Source: Octopus vulgaris
Lineage: Eukaryota
Assembly (NCBI GenBank): GCA_951406725.2
Contig: OX597818.1
Span: 96,968,001-97,032,000, forward strand
Length of the DNA: 64,000 nt
Direction: 5' to 3'
A program made the position numbers and the translations under genes. Positions 48,201 through 62,300 of the stretch are shown one piece after another. Numbering within the stretch: the first letter of the stretch is position 1; each line of letters starts with the position of its first letter. The notes under the pieces are model-generated. The model was not told the origin of the DNA. It saw only the letters and a program-made list of their open reading frames with translations, and did not search any database.

Positions 48201-51200
48201 CATCAGTTTCACAAATGTTGGAGAGCCTGCAAAGGCTATAGTTACTGTCTTTTCTGCCATGCCCAGTAAGTATTGAAAAAAAAACCCACCCAAGCTCAAT
48301 TGGTTCATGACTTGAGTGGATGGGATAAAATCTCTTGCATACAATTGTTGTAGGTAACATTTTCTGAAGTTTTATTGTCCATCAGGTGGGAATAAGTGAT
48401 AAATCTGAGGACCCTTGAATCCTGCATATACATACATGTATTTTTTTGGTGATAAGACAAAAATTGCTATTAATTGGTCCAAGTATTTATAAATATTAAG
48501 CATTTGAATTTAGAAATAAGTGCCCAAGAGCAAGAAACTTATGGTTTTGATTTTTTTTGTTACAGATATTTACATTTGAGAAAAGCATGTGCATTGGGCT
48601 TGTGTAATCCCCTTTATTGTAAATAGTGGCTTTGTATTTAACTCCTATTTTATGGTTTTATCAGAAAAGGTCATTTTCCACCCCCATTTGACATATTTAC
48701 TTACATAGTTTGCAAATCCAAAGGTTAAATTTTACTTGCATTTTAAATATAACTGAAATAATTATAATAAATTGGAAAGCTACATAGAAAATATATTATG
48801 AAAAACTCTTCCTCAAATGGTATGTTTGATTATAAAAGTTAACCATTCATTTCTTATTGATCTCATTCGTTGCAATCTACTAGCTACAAATTATGGAAAT
48901 TACATTTTGTTTGTAACCTCAGGTTTATCCCAGGTCAAACAGACCTGAGGTGTGTGCACAGTTGGTTGAATAACTAGCTGTGATCCATAGCTTCAGATCT
49001 ACCATATCTCCATTTAGTTGAGATTATACTGCACATTCTGATGCTGTCCACTATCCAGCTTGATTTTGTATGTCAAGATTTTTTTCTGGTATCCTCAGCT
49101 GAGGCAGGCGCAGAGAACTGTTTCTGAAAATGACTAATCATTTCATGCATTTGTGTAACATTAGCTTTTCCTGTTAGCTTTGGTAAGGTATTTCAAATTG
49201 TATATAGTTTGCTTTAGCAATTGTTATTCTCCAGTTCCAGATGGATGCTTTCCACATCAAAATGTAGAATAACACTTATTTTCTGCAAAGCATTAATAGC
49301 GCAGTGCAGTGTTTAATGTACTTGTATTATTATGCACTTGACTGTTCAAATTTTTTCTTATGCTGACCTTCCATGCTGCAAAATGGAAATTGTATTTTAA
49401 AAAAATATGAAGCTCTATCTCAGCTCTTTATATATTTATTTATTAATCTTAGAAAAGTTATTAAATCAAATATCAGCATAACTTAAAATCATATTGACAT
49501 GATAGTATTAACACTTCACTTGCGCACTCTTTTCATCTCCTTGACTGTTGATAGATATCCTTTCTGAGAAACTTAATGCATTTGAATAAGAATAGGTCAT
49601 TTGTATACTTTGGCTATTGTCAGAAAACTAATATTGTTGGCTATTTCATATTTACCCTACAGGTTTCAATTCAAATGTCAAAACACAATGTATTTCACTG
49701 ATAAGAATGTTGGGAAGAAATTGTCATTTGTTTGAATAAAGCTTTTGTTTCAAAGAGCCAATGAATAAACAAGGAATGATTAGATAATACATGATATCAG
49801 AAACTTTCAGGATTTGAAATATAACTTTTCAAATACTTCCTTCTTTACTCTTTGATTCAGCTAGTTGAAATGGTTTAACCCTTTTGCATTTAGACCAGCC
49901 GTATCGGACCTAAATATTCTGCTCTTAAGTTAAAACTGGCCTGGTCTGCCCTCTCATAGTCATCCTACCATGTTATTCTAAAACTAAATAATCACATTGT
50001 TGAAATATTGAAGCAACATGACAATGTATAATTAAGTCAAAACACTCATCACCATTTAGTGTTTGTTTTTCATGCTGACATGGGTTAGACTGACAGGAAC
50101 TGGCCAGCCACAATACCACACTGAGCTCCAATGTCAGCTTCGGCATGGTTTCTACAGTTTGGATGCCCTTCCAAATGTCAACAATGTGACTACATAAGCA
50201 ATATATTTGACACAGTAACTTGAATGCTCAATTGTTAATATGCATTTAATATAATTTTCTTTCACAGCTAATTTCGTTTTTATTCTTTTACTGAATCCAG
50301 CTAGTTTAAACTGTCATTTGTATACATCATATCTGTACTAGTAGTCTTCTCTTTTGAACACATCTGATTCCTCTTACATCATGTTTCTTCTCAGCCCATT
50401 TCTGTTCTGTTGTTTATGTACATGAAAATTGCACTTCCAATAGAAAATACATGCACATGTTTTGCTGTTCATGTTTCACTGCTATAACAATATATTTTAT
50501 ACACAAACCTCATACAAACTACTTTTCATTCAGATTAATTTCTTTGTTACTAATAGAGGTAATAGCCCCTTGAACTTTTAAGCCTGTTTTACTCAAGCTA
50601 TTAAACATATGGAATACCACCCTCTACTGATATAAGAAACTGCCAGTCAGCTTTAGAAATGATGGAGCATCCAGTTCTAGGAACAATGCTAAAACAATTG
50701 AACCTGGTGCAACTTGTGAAAAACTGTCCAGCCCACGCCAGCATAGAAAATATTAAATGATGATATAAATAAAACATTTAACTGAGTAACAAATGTCCTT
50801 TGGTTTACAATGTAGTTGAGTTCCATTTATCCCCAGTGGTATTTGAAATTGTGTATTTTTAACAATATCATTAGGAATGCATTCCCCTCAATTCACTCAA
50901 ACAAAATTTGAACAATTATTTATTAAAATGGGAATAATACAATTTTGTGTGCATGCATGCACACACACACACACACACTTTTAATACTGGGTTATATATT
51001 TCATCCAAAATAATGGCGTAACTTTTTTTTTTCATTTACATATTGTTATTGCATATCTATGTGTTTTATAACTATTAAAAATCCAGCCATAAATTTTTTG
51101 TTTATAATAACCATTTTCCAGAAAAATTGACAATTGAAATTTAACAATTCAATCTCAGATATTTAACAAAATATATGTAAAAAAAAAAACAATTCTAATT

Positions 51201-51934
51201 TGTGCTAGTTTTAGTGTAGCCTAGCTAGCTATAGAAGTGAAATGAAAAGCAAATGAAGGAAGGGAATACAATGAAGTGGTGTTTCTGTATGCATAAAATA
51301 ATCTATTAAACAGCAAACTAAGGAACAACTGTGTTGTAGAAAGTTATGCAGATTTTTTTTTTATCTCTATGTATTGGTAAATAAGATTTTAAGAGTATAA
51401 TGATTTAACTGAAATTTTTATTTAAAATGACTAATATTTCAATGTTATTCTGGAAATAAACAATCATATCATTGAAATTTGAAAGCCATATGATAATGCA
51501 GGATTAATTAAAAATGATATAAATAAGCATTACATTTGACAGGGTGAACCATTAAGGTGTTGCTTCTTGCCCAAATAGGTATTAAGTTGATATTTTTTTC
51601 TCTCTTCAGTTATTTAACAATTTTTTTCTTTTGCAGATTTTTTTAATAATAATGTTCCACTATTTGTCATATAAGGGAATGCTGTCAGGTCCCTTTGTTT
51701 TGGGATTTTTTTTAAGCCAGTCTTCTTGGAGGTCATTTTATATGTAATTAAGCTAAATTGTTGCACTAGTTGCTGGTGCAGTAAGCAGTAAATAATCCCT
51801 TTTAAGAAATCAGTCTTTTTACAAGTTATATTTGAGAAAATGGATTTTAGTACTGCTAAGCAAGACATTACTTGTCATATCTCAACTTAATTGATTTAGC
51901 CATTGAAGAGACTAGAACATCAGTGGTGACAATA

Positions 51935-52992
51935 TGAGGGTCGGCTGAAAAGGTCATAGATTGATCAAGATACCTCCAAGGAATGTGACCAAATGAGGTT
52001 TATTTTTCAACAGTGTCCCCCTTGTGGTCCACACACTCTTCCATTAGTGCTTTTACCCCATTGTTGAAGCTTTCATCCTGTTGGTCAAAAAAGTCAGCAG
52101 CAATGATGTCATTATCACAGCATTACTGGTTCTCAGCCAAGTTTTTTTTTTTTTTTTTTTTTTTTTGTTGTTGAGGAACAGATGGGCCTGCTCAGGAGAA
52201 TAGGGAGAGTGATCAACTAGTTCAAAACCACAGCAGCCATAACTGCCTCAGCAAGTTAGCATGCTACTCTCCATTGATGGTATGGCTCTTTTGAGATAGT
52301 CAATAAGCACAATACCATTTGTGTCCCAAAAAACTGAGGCTGTCACCTTCCCTGCAGATGAAACAACCTTCGCCTTCTTTGGAGCAATTGAGGAAAGGTG
52401 TTTTCACTTCATGAATTGTATCTTTGTCTCTGATTCAAAGTGCTAAATCCAACACCCAGCTGGGTTAGGAAATTTTCAAGGAAACCAACTGGATCTGCCT
52501 GAAACAGATTTCCCTGTGATGTATTCATCCTGGTGCATTTTTGATCTGATGTCAGAAAACATAGCACCCACCAAGCAGAAACCCTTGTCATCAGTTCATT
52601 GTGCAGAATATTCTTAACTCTGTTGTAGGCTGTGCTAATAGCATTGGCTGTTTGATTTATAGTTAAATACCTGTCCTCATCACCATGTGGTGAACACAAT
52701 GTTATTCTTGGCGGCAGTTGCAAGACATCCAGATGTTGGGTCATCTTCTAAGTCGACATGTTTGTCCTTGGTTAGTTAAGCCATTTTTCTGCAAGTACTT
52801 GATAACATAACGATGCCAGACTTTGTCCATTTTTAAGAGAAGTTGTTACTAGTTACTTTTGAAGTCTTCGTTATATAGGCAGATGTCAGTTTATCTAGAA
52901 AGAAACTGCAGTTATTAAGAAGAGTTGAAACTAATGCATGCAAAATTTTATAGCTCTAGCATGACTCCATAGAACTTTTCAGCCCATCCTTG
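51935..52992 (-). mobile_element. Decayed mariner transposon
   Basis: TA flanks, TIRs gaggg..gctgaaaag. ORF 52409-52744 carries EDRYLTINQTA..RVSAWWV..FLENFLTQ (mariner WVP/TGDE region). Confidence 0.8.
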
Positions 52993-53491
52993 TACAGTGG
53001 AGTGTCTGGTAGTCTTCCTTTCTGTATTGCATACAATAATGGGGTTTCTTTTGTAAGCTTGCACAGTAAAGAAAATGGAGTGTCTATTAAATACATTAAA
53101 AAATTAATTTGGCAAAATGTGAAAAAGTTCAGCTGCAAGGTATTTTTAGTTGTATACTAATCAGTTTTCTCTTCGTAGATGCAACAAACTCAGGTATGCT
53201 ACTTCTGTATTGATTACAAAAGCTTCATTGTACTTTAAACCATTTACTGTTTCCACCCCCACCCACCCCTTGAGTAAAAGGAAAGATTGCTTAAATGTAA
53301 GTTATTTGGGGGAAATTGTCTATCTTGTTAGGCTCAATTTTTAAAAATTAATTCATTATTCTAGAAATATTCAAAATTATTTGATGAAATTAGAGCATAT
53401 GTAATTTTTTAAATATATATTCCTTGCAATATAATTTTTAGTTTTGGACAATACCAGTTATTACAACAGGACGTCTAAAATTTAGTTTGAT

Positions 53492-54217
53492 CAGTGATTC
53501 TCATCCTTTTGTAGCTCAATGCTCCCATTCACTGAAAAAATCTTAATTTTGCTCAGTGGTTTATTCATATTTTATACAATCCCATCCAGTATGTGCTTTT
53601 GGATATTTGCATGGAAACTACATCCTGTGTTAATCTTTTTTTTTTATGACTATTACTAAAGACAAGGATGTATAGAACAATGCACTAAGTGCCTGTAAAT
53701 TGAAAAGTTAGAACAAATGACGTTACATCTTAATTTTAAAAATACTATCGGCTTTATTACTGGTGTTAATTAATCAAACATTGCTATTAGGCTGTCTTTA
53801 GAAAAAAAAGAAAATACAAATTATACTCCGAAAACTAATGGTTGGTTTGTTTGATCAGGTTCTCTTTTTGTCAAACAGTTTACCTTATGTATTTATATCA
53901 TACTTCACTAACAGTTGTACTAAAATGTACTGAATCCTTTATAAACCAGGTACGGCTGGGATACTAACAATTTTACTTCCAAAATAGGGGTGTTTGTTGC
54001 TTAAACGATAATTCTTCACAAAATGATCTTGCTTTTGCTCACAATGTCCTCGTTTTAATCTGAACAAACAATTTTGTGTAGATGTTTAAAATTTTTTTTT
54101 CCTTTAATTTCCCAAAAGAAAATCACACCTAAACACCCAAGTACCACTTTAACATTTGCTACCCCCTTGTTAACCCCCTAGGCCTCCATTGAGGTGCTAC
54201 TAAGTTAAGAATCACTG
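53492..54217. mobile_element. Old hAT-like non-autonomous element
   Basis: CAGTGATTCT ... AGAATCACTG termini. TSD degenerate. Confidence 0.5.
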
Positions 54218-54372
54218 TTAGATTTGAATATCAGGCCCTAAGAGATGATACAGTATGGAGAAAGATCAAATCCAACATTTCCTCTGATGTTAAACTAATG
54301 TGCAGTAATGTTTTCTCTTACATTTTCACTGATTTTATGTTTTTAAAGGATATTTTTGTTTTTCTGTTTTAG

Positions 54373-54489
<117 letters not shown>

Positions 54490-56347
54490 TGATCCATCTA
54501 TTTCTTGAAGCATATATATTTTTTCGCATGTATGCTGACTGAAGATTAACATTTCTTATTCAAATTTCATGTTCAGGACTTTGCTTCACAGTATAATTGG
54601 CCAATTTTTGTTTCCACAATAGATTAAACACATTTTCCAGTTAGTCTTTACTCCCTTTTGATTTATTATCACTAGAAATTTTAATGAAAAACTATGTGGA
54701 TTTCATGTCAAATGTAATTAGATTCAAAGCTTTACTTCTGTTTACCAGAAATCCCTTCACATTTTTTGTTTATATTCATTTTGCATTCAATAGTCATTGT
54801 TTTTGTCCACTTTTTTCTTTACATATTGATTCTCAAATTCCAAACTTATCATTAAGAAGTAAATTTTCTGCATGCATGTTTCTCGGGCATTTTTAGATTT
54901 TTTTTCTTCTCTCTATTCAAAATATTATTTAGCTAACAGTCTATTGTAATATTTTCAAAAATAAAAATATTTTGTAATGTTTCTTTCTTGGTTCCCTTAG
55001 TGTGTAAAGATGCTTAGTTATGTTGTGAAAATTGCTCAGGATACCCCATGTAATAAGGGCATCTAATCAGGAACTAGATTATTGTAGTTTTGAGCCTTTC
55101 AGGTTTAGTTGCATTTAAAACCTGATCCTGGTTGGACAAACTCTTTTAAGAGCACATGTCAGGAATTCTTGGGCTAGAATGAGTAGACTTAAAATTACCT
55201 CAACCTGTTTCTTGCAACATACTTTCATTTGGTTGGGTTTTTATCTAAAATAAGTTTCGCAAGATTATAGGGTAACATGTAGTGAAAGGTGTTAAGACTG
55301 GGTAAATTGGACCAAATTTAGAACAGTGTATTGAAAATGCACCAAAAGGAATTTCATTATAAGGCCTTAAGCTCATTTGTTTCAGATTACGATGTTCTAG
55401 TCATTTTATATAGGTTTATCTCTTATTAAATATGAAGGAAATACTAATAGAACTAGAATGCTGAGTACATACTTTTAATATGCTTCAATATATTTAACTT
55501 AAATTTAGATTTGATTGATCAGATTTTGTCATTTTATGTCTGCTTTTTATGCTGGCTTATATTGGATGTGTTCTCACCATCCAAGACATCTGTTTAGTCA
55601 CTGTCATTCTGGACAAATGAAGGATCACATTTTGCTTGTACATTCCATTGTTGACAGTTTCTATAGTGAGATACCTTGCTAAGTACCAATTACTTTTCAG
55701 TGTGCTTTTCATTCTGGCACCAACATAACTGAGGTTATCTTGTCCTTAGCAAGATTGAGTTCTCTTTTTCTCCATGTTGGCTGTGTGAATGACATAGGGA
55801 AGGAGAGATAAACAAGAAGGCAATAGAGACAGTAAAATGGAAGGGATAGTGATAGCTAGATATGTTGGTTATTAGTAAGAAGACAGAAAGCAGCATGTGT
55901 GGTATGATGGGATAGACTGAAAGTGAGAAAGTGATAGACATCAACAATGAGTGATGGTAATAGTCATGCAAGATCATTCCCAACCTCCATCACCACAGAT
56001 TGCTATTTGTTCTTTGTCTTTTTTTTATTCTCTCTCTCTCTCTCCCCCACAGATTTCATCCAGATTTCAATACTTTATATTACAATCTTTCATTTTATAA
56101 TGTTATATTATTGTAGTCTTTTCTCTTGCACTAATATTTCACATGTACTGACTACTGCTCCTGTACATCTGTTGTATACAAAGTCTACTTTCTGTCATCT
56201 TGTCTGTGATTCCATTAAATCTCACATGTTTTCTTTCTTTACACAGGACACTTTGTATGAAATTTCTTCCAATGCATTTTCTGTATATTGAACTTTAAAT
56301 TAAACCAGCCAATTTAAACAGCTTCTCTGTTTCTCTCTCACTTACTT

Positions 56348-56384
<37 letters not shown>

Positions 56385-56837
56385 TTTTGTGATTCAAGTT
56401 TCTAGTAATTTGACAACTTGATGATAATTTAGTTCCTCAATGTTCAGGTTATAATTATTAAACAAGTGCCACTTTATATTGAGTTACAAAGTCATAAAAA
56501 TATTTTTTATCAGTTGTCACTTGATTTACATGAATTTGAAGGAAGGTATAGAGGTTATTGCAGTGTGTAGGAAAAAAGATTTGGGTTGAAGTCCATCATA
56601 GGAAGAGTGGAACAAACTAGAAATTGGTAATTGTGAATATGGTAGCATATTCAAGCAATATTGATAAATGTCTGCTACAGTTTTAATATTTGATGCATCT
56701 TGTACAGCATTTAGCTTGTTGAGCTTACTTTGATTTACCCAACTTGATCATGCCATCCATCAAGATGGTTAAAAGCAGCATAATATAACATTTGAAAATA
56801 TAACGTTGGGTGAATTTATATATATATACACACAGAC

Positions 56838-57135
56838 ACAGAGGCTGCAATGTGTAAATTGTCACCATTTTACATTTTTTATTTTTATGCACATCGTTTA
56901 TTTTTTATTTTGTTGGCTGCACTGTCTGAGAAAATCGGCACCATGACACAGTTCACTCTGCCAGAAATTTGGAAACATGTACTGCTTAGCATTCATGCCA
57001 GACGCTCCCATATGAACATTTCAGACTGTTTGGGTGTCAGTCTAAGGACATGTACTGAGAGTGATAAAAATCAAACATCTAGTCAGCATCATGGTGTTTG
57101 GAGTGATTACTAGTGATGGCAACGTTATGCCTCCG
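56838..57135 (+). mobile_element. Tc1/maT-like transposon relic with internal deletion
   Basis: HTH-like ISDCLGVSLRT, then KHLVSIMVFGVITSDGNVMPP. Confidence 0.55.
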
Positions 57136-60100
57136 TCTTTGTGATTAAGGCTTGGTGGAAGATTTTAATTCCAAACTTATGAAAACAAGACATTTGTACT
57201 CAGAGCCAGAGCCGGTTTCAGCCAGGTTGATAACGAAAGGGTTAATGTATATTGGCAAAAGTTATTAACATTTGTATCAAAATCTTAAGACACTACCCTT
57301 TATCACTATCAGAAATGCAGTGAATCATTCAGACTTTTTGGTAGTCTGTGATGCTATTGTTTGCTAATTGTGCTTAGAAGGGTTTCACATACTTATCAGA
57401 AAAATCATCTCTTTAAAAAAAATTACGGCAATGCACTAACAAAGAACATAATGCACTTTATAATAAAACAAAAGTTGTACATATAAAATTTCTTTTTCTC
57501 CCCCCGCCCTTGTTCCATAAATTGATTTGTTTCAGTAAACTATTGGTCTTATTCTGATTAGAGCTTGTCAGTCTTCTGTGGCATTACTTTGTTTCCCTTT
57601 TCTATCCAAGTTTCATGGATGTTATCTGTGCAATTTCATAAATTTTCCACCTTTTCAGTAAGTTTAATTCCTTTTTATTGTAAAATACTCTGCTGTTGTG
57701 TACAGTTTTACTCATGATAGAGGGAAATGATACCTTCTGTGAAGTGACAGGTAATAATAGTTGTGAGAAGCTATTCTGAGCTGTGACAGTTGTCTGGCTT
57801 TTCCAATGGTTAGCTTTTTTTTCCCATTTGGTAAAGGATTGATCCTTTAGCATTCAGATTACTCTGTCAAATGTCATGCTTAGTGATTCACATTGTTTTG
57901 AATTAATCGCCCATTATCTTGTAGCTTGAAGATTTTTATTATTTTTTAGAATAACGAGGGGCTGAATCTGGTTAGCTTGAACATGTTTAGAATATTTGGG
58001 CCAGATATGGCCTATTTAAATGCAAAAGGGTTTAAATGTCTTTTGTACAATCTTCAGTGGGAGTCTTTATTTACATGGTCATCTTCTTCCCCACATACTG
58101 GTCTGTTGCTGGTATCTTGCACATGCAAGTGCTGACACAATTTCAAAATCTGTTTTGGTATGATACTGAAAACAAAGGTCACTGTAAAGTTCATTTACTC
58201 TCCAATAGTTGGTAATCTTGGTCAACTTCTTTATGTCCATTACTATATTAACTTCAAAATAATCCCTGTAATTCTTTCTGGCATGTATGAAATCATAGTC
58301 TCTTCATTTTACTATGTTGTGTAATCATTCCCTTCTGTACATGTATGAAACATTTCAATATGGTAAAATAAAAAGGTAATGACTGTTTCAAGTCAATGAG
58401 AATTCCGAATGCTTAGTTTCTTATGATCTTTTTCTTTCTTTCTTTGCTCTCCATATTTTCATCTGATGTTTTTGGAAAAAGATTTGTTCTAGCTTTTAAT
58501 ATTGCCATTGAGGTTGCTCTCTCTATCAGAAATTCTAGTTTCTGGTGCTACAGCTACCATGTGATTATGCTTGTTGTAGTTTCCATTTGTTATTATTGTT
58601 TCTTGAGAAAATCTTTTAAAATTGGAGGAGTTGCTTACACTGGACATGAAGTTAATATTGTTTCAAATGCAAAAAGTTTAAGAAAAGATAACAGTGCAGA
58701 AAAAAATGTCCCCTAAAATTCAGGGAAAAGACTTGCATCAGTATTCTGATATAAATGTGAAAACATAACTATGAGTAGCATGGTGCAGATTTATGATCTA
58801 TGACCATAAGTCTTAGACAGATTAGTCATGAAAAGGTTAATCTTAAGCCTCTTACCAAGGTAGATAGCATTATCTTCCTTGCATATAACAATGCTTGTAT
58901 TTCATTTTCTCAGCTGGAAGAAATATAGCACTTTATCATTTCGATCTTTTATGGTATTGTGGTCTTAAGAAGTTTATTAGTGATCTCATCAGAAATATTT
59001 TAATATCAGTTGGATTTTACCTCTGGAATAAATTTTCGAAATCTTAAACTTTCTCCCCACCCTAAAGCTTTGAACAATTTTCACTCAGTTGTCAGGTAGC
59101 TTTCTCATCTCATGCTCTAGGTCAGTGATGGTCGATCTTTTTAACTCACCATGTTGAAATTTTATTATTTCTATTATTGGAGTGTCATTTTTATGTATTT
59201 TAGTTATAGTGAAATGCTTATAGATAGGTGGCCTATCATATTTAACATTTATTTTTCTATGATTGTATGGTTCCAATGAAGTTAGTTACTCTTCTCACTT
59301 GTTTCCAAGGACAATATATTTCCCAAACTTATACTGTTCATTGATTTGTGTAAAACAAGTTTGAGCTTATAAAGACATTTAGCTTCAGTAAATCATGTTC
59401 CATACTTTTCACATCTGAATCTCTGATTTCACTTAAACTTTCACCAAACTGTTCAAATATTTGATTAAATCCCAACCATCTTAACATTATTGTACATTAG
59501 TAAACCATTTAAAATCAAATGAAAGTCTTGTTCCTAGTAGCCATCAAATTGACTGTCACAACTCTCTTATCAAAATCTTTAAAGCTTATTTTTATGCAGA
59601 CAACTTACTGATATGTATACAATAGAAACTTTGAGATGATCAGCAGCTTATGTAAATTGTTTTATAAAATCAACATTTCAACCTACAGTATTAAGGGCAC
59701 CAGCAGTCATAGCATAATCTATTTTTCACTAATCTTTCACAAAACACAATCACATCTTCTCCTTGTGTATTTTGAGGCAAATTCACAAACTTCTGAATAG
59801 AATGTCTGAAAATATCACAGAATATTTAATTTAGTGAACAAATACTCAAGCATTCTGGAATTTGATTTTCTATGTTAGCTCTCCTTTTTATCATTCTCTT
59901 TTAACTTCTTAAGCTATCAAATAATGCTGTACATATAACAAAAGCATCACCTAACATAATACTCACCATCAATTGAAGTTACTAAATAGGGAAGTCCTAA
60001 GAATTGAAGTCTTCTGATGAGGAGCAGTTCCACTTTAGCTGTTTAGTCTTAAGTTCTTTTCACAACTGTCTCTTGACAAATATAATATAAAAAGAAATTT

Positions 60101-61202
60101 ATCATCCTTATCAGTAATGACATATTGCTCACTCCCCAAATCTTGAAAATTTCTTCCACTTTATTTTAGCAATTTTAATTTTTTTTTATTATTATTAGTT
60201 TAATGCCATTGATTTGAGAAGATAAGAATGACTTGGAAGCTCCTCCCATCAAAGCTAAAACCAAATGCTTTTCTTTTTTAGCCTATGTTAGGCAAATGAG
60301 TTGCTAATTTATTTAGTTTGTGATATAAAGTGCTGTATCAGATATTCTTGAAAAACAGATTTTTAATCTTTTAAAATTCTTTGTTAAATTTTGCATGTCA
60401 CCTAAAAACTAATAGCATGTCACCATCATTACTCTAGGTCCAGTAGATTTAAGCTATATTTAAACTTGGGAGGGCTTCCATAAGCCATTAATAGATTTCC
60501 ATTGCAAAGAACCAATGGAAAATAAGATCATGTGAAAATGTACTATCAAGAATAAAGGTGGTTTAAGATATCGGTTACCTCTCGTAACAAAGGGATTTTC
60601 TTAACAAAGGGATTTTCTCATGCAAAAAAAAAATGTGATTAAGTTTGCTTCCTCATGGTAGCAGGATGGGAGTATTAAGGGCATGTGGTAACTGGAAAGA
60701 AATGACATGAAAATTAGAACTGAATTGAAAAACCAGCTAAATATTTGTCAACATATTGATGTATGCAGAAGAAACATCTGCCTGGAAGTGCCTGTTGTAG
60801 ATGTAAACTTTTGTTAAGTGAGATCCCAACACACCTCAAGGACACACACAGATAACATGATGTTAGATTTGCCTGACTCTTCTCTTTTAAAATAAGGATA
60901 ACCTAATTAGTTAAGGCTGATGATGATAAACTATTTAGCCTTTTTTTTCTCTCTCTCTCTCTCATTGAGGTAGTTTTCTTTGGCTGATACTCTTCCTGAT
61001 GCCAGCAAGGTAATAATCTCCTAGTCCATAGAACAGCAAACAGCCTGGACATACTTTTGTAAAAGACTGCAAACAAATAACACTTTTGTATGAACATTGA
61101 AGTTTTTGTTTGCAATCGCCATGCAACCTGATCATGAAGTATGGATATGCTTTTAGGGTGGGCTGCAAACAGCTAGATAATCCAGAAAGGATAATTCCTT
61201 AA

Positions 61203-62300
61203 CCCTTTCATTACCAAACCGCCCAAAGCCGCCTGAAAAAAATTTTGGTTAATGTGACCAAACCCGCCCGTATTTACCTATTCACATTTAAATGAGAATA
61301 TCAGAGCAAATCTCTTTAGTACATTCGTGAAAATACGTGATTATATTTCGTAAACAGTTCATCTACAGTTTTGTACAACGATCGCCGTGTAATTTTAATT
61401 CCCTGAATTTTGGGAGATTTTTTTCAACATTTTTTTTGGCATCGATTTTTCTTCAACTTTGAAAATTGATAGGAGTTTCATGTTATCAAGCATTGATTCC
61501 GAATTGGAAAATTTGTGAAGCAAATACTGGGTACTGTTGTGGATTTAGTTTTTATACAGGAAAACTAATGTTAGTCAGCATGGCTTAGGGTACGATGTGG
61601 TCTGGAAGTTATTGTTTGAAGCGATCAATGTGGAAACAAACTTACGCAGAATGTAAACAAACACAAAATGGGGGTTCAAATTTCGGAAAGTTTGTGAAGC
61701 AAATACTGGGTACTGCGTGGATTTAGTTTTTATACAGGGAAAATAATGTTAGTCAGCATGGCCTAGGGAACGATGTGGTCTGGAATTTATCACTTCCATA
61801 CCATAACCAGGGCCATATATTATTTTTTGACCGATTTCTTTAGAACGGTCAAACTTGCAGTGGATTCCAGTATTTCACTTTATTCCACCTTTATGGTACA
61901 CCTGTTGTGCATTAAATTCAACTGATAATCTAGTGATGTGCACAATTCTTCTTTATCAAAATTTTGTTGCATACCCATTTGAATATTAGCTGATGATTCA
62001 TTTTCTATGGTGATGTTTAAACAAAATTTTAATATTTTTACCTTTTGCTCAATTTAAAATTTTAATATTTTTACCTTTTGCTCAATTTACCTGTAATTAA
62101 AGTCACTTTTAGACAAAAGTTATGCAATAGAATTGATTAAGAACCCTTTCTTTAATTATGTTCCAAATATCACATTAATATGTTGATAAGTAAAAAAGTT
62201 ACAGTTATTTAATGAAACAAGCCTAGATTCATGATTATTTTAGAATTTAATTGAAACTCATGAGGGATGTATTTTGGTCAGAAATATAGTAACGAAAGGG
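61203..62300. mobile_element. piggyBac-like non-autonomous element with internal ~100-bp direct repeat
   Basis: TTAA|CCCTTTCATTAC ... GTAACGAAAGGG|CTAA. Repeat copies at about 61510-61610 and 61689-61789. Confidence 0.75.
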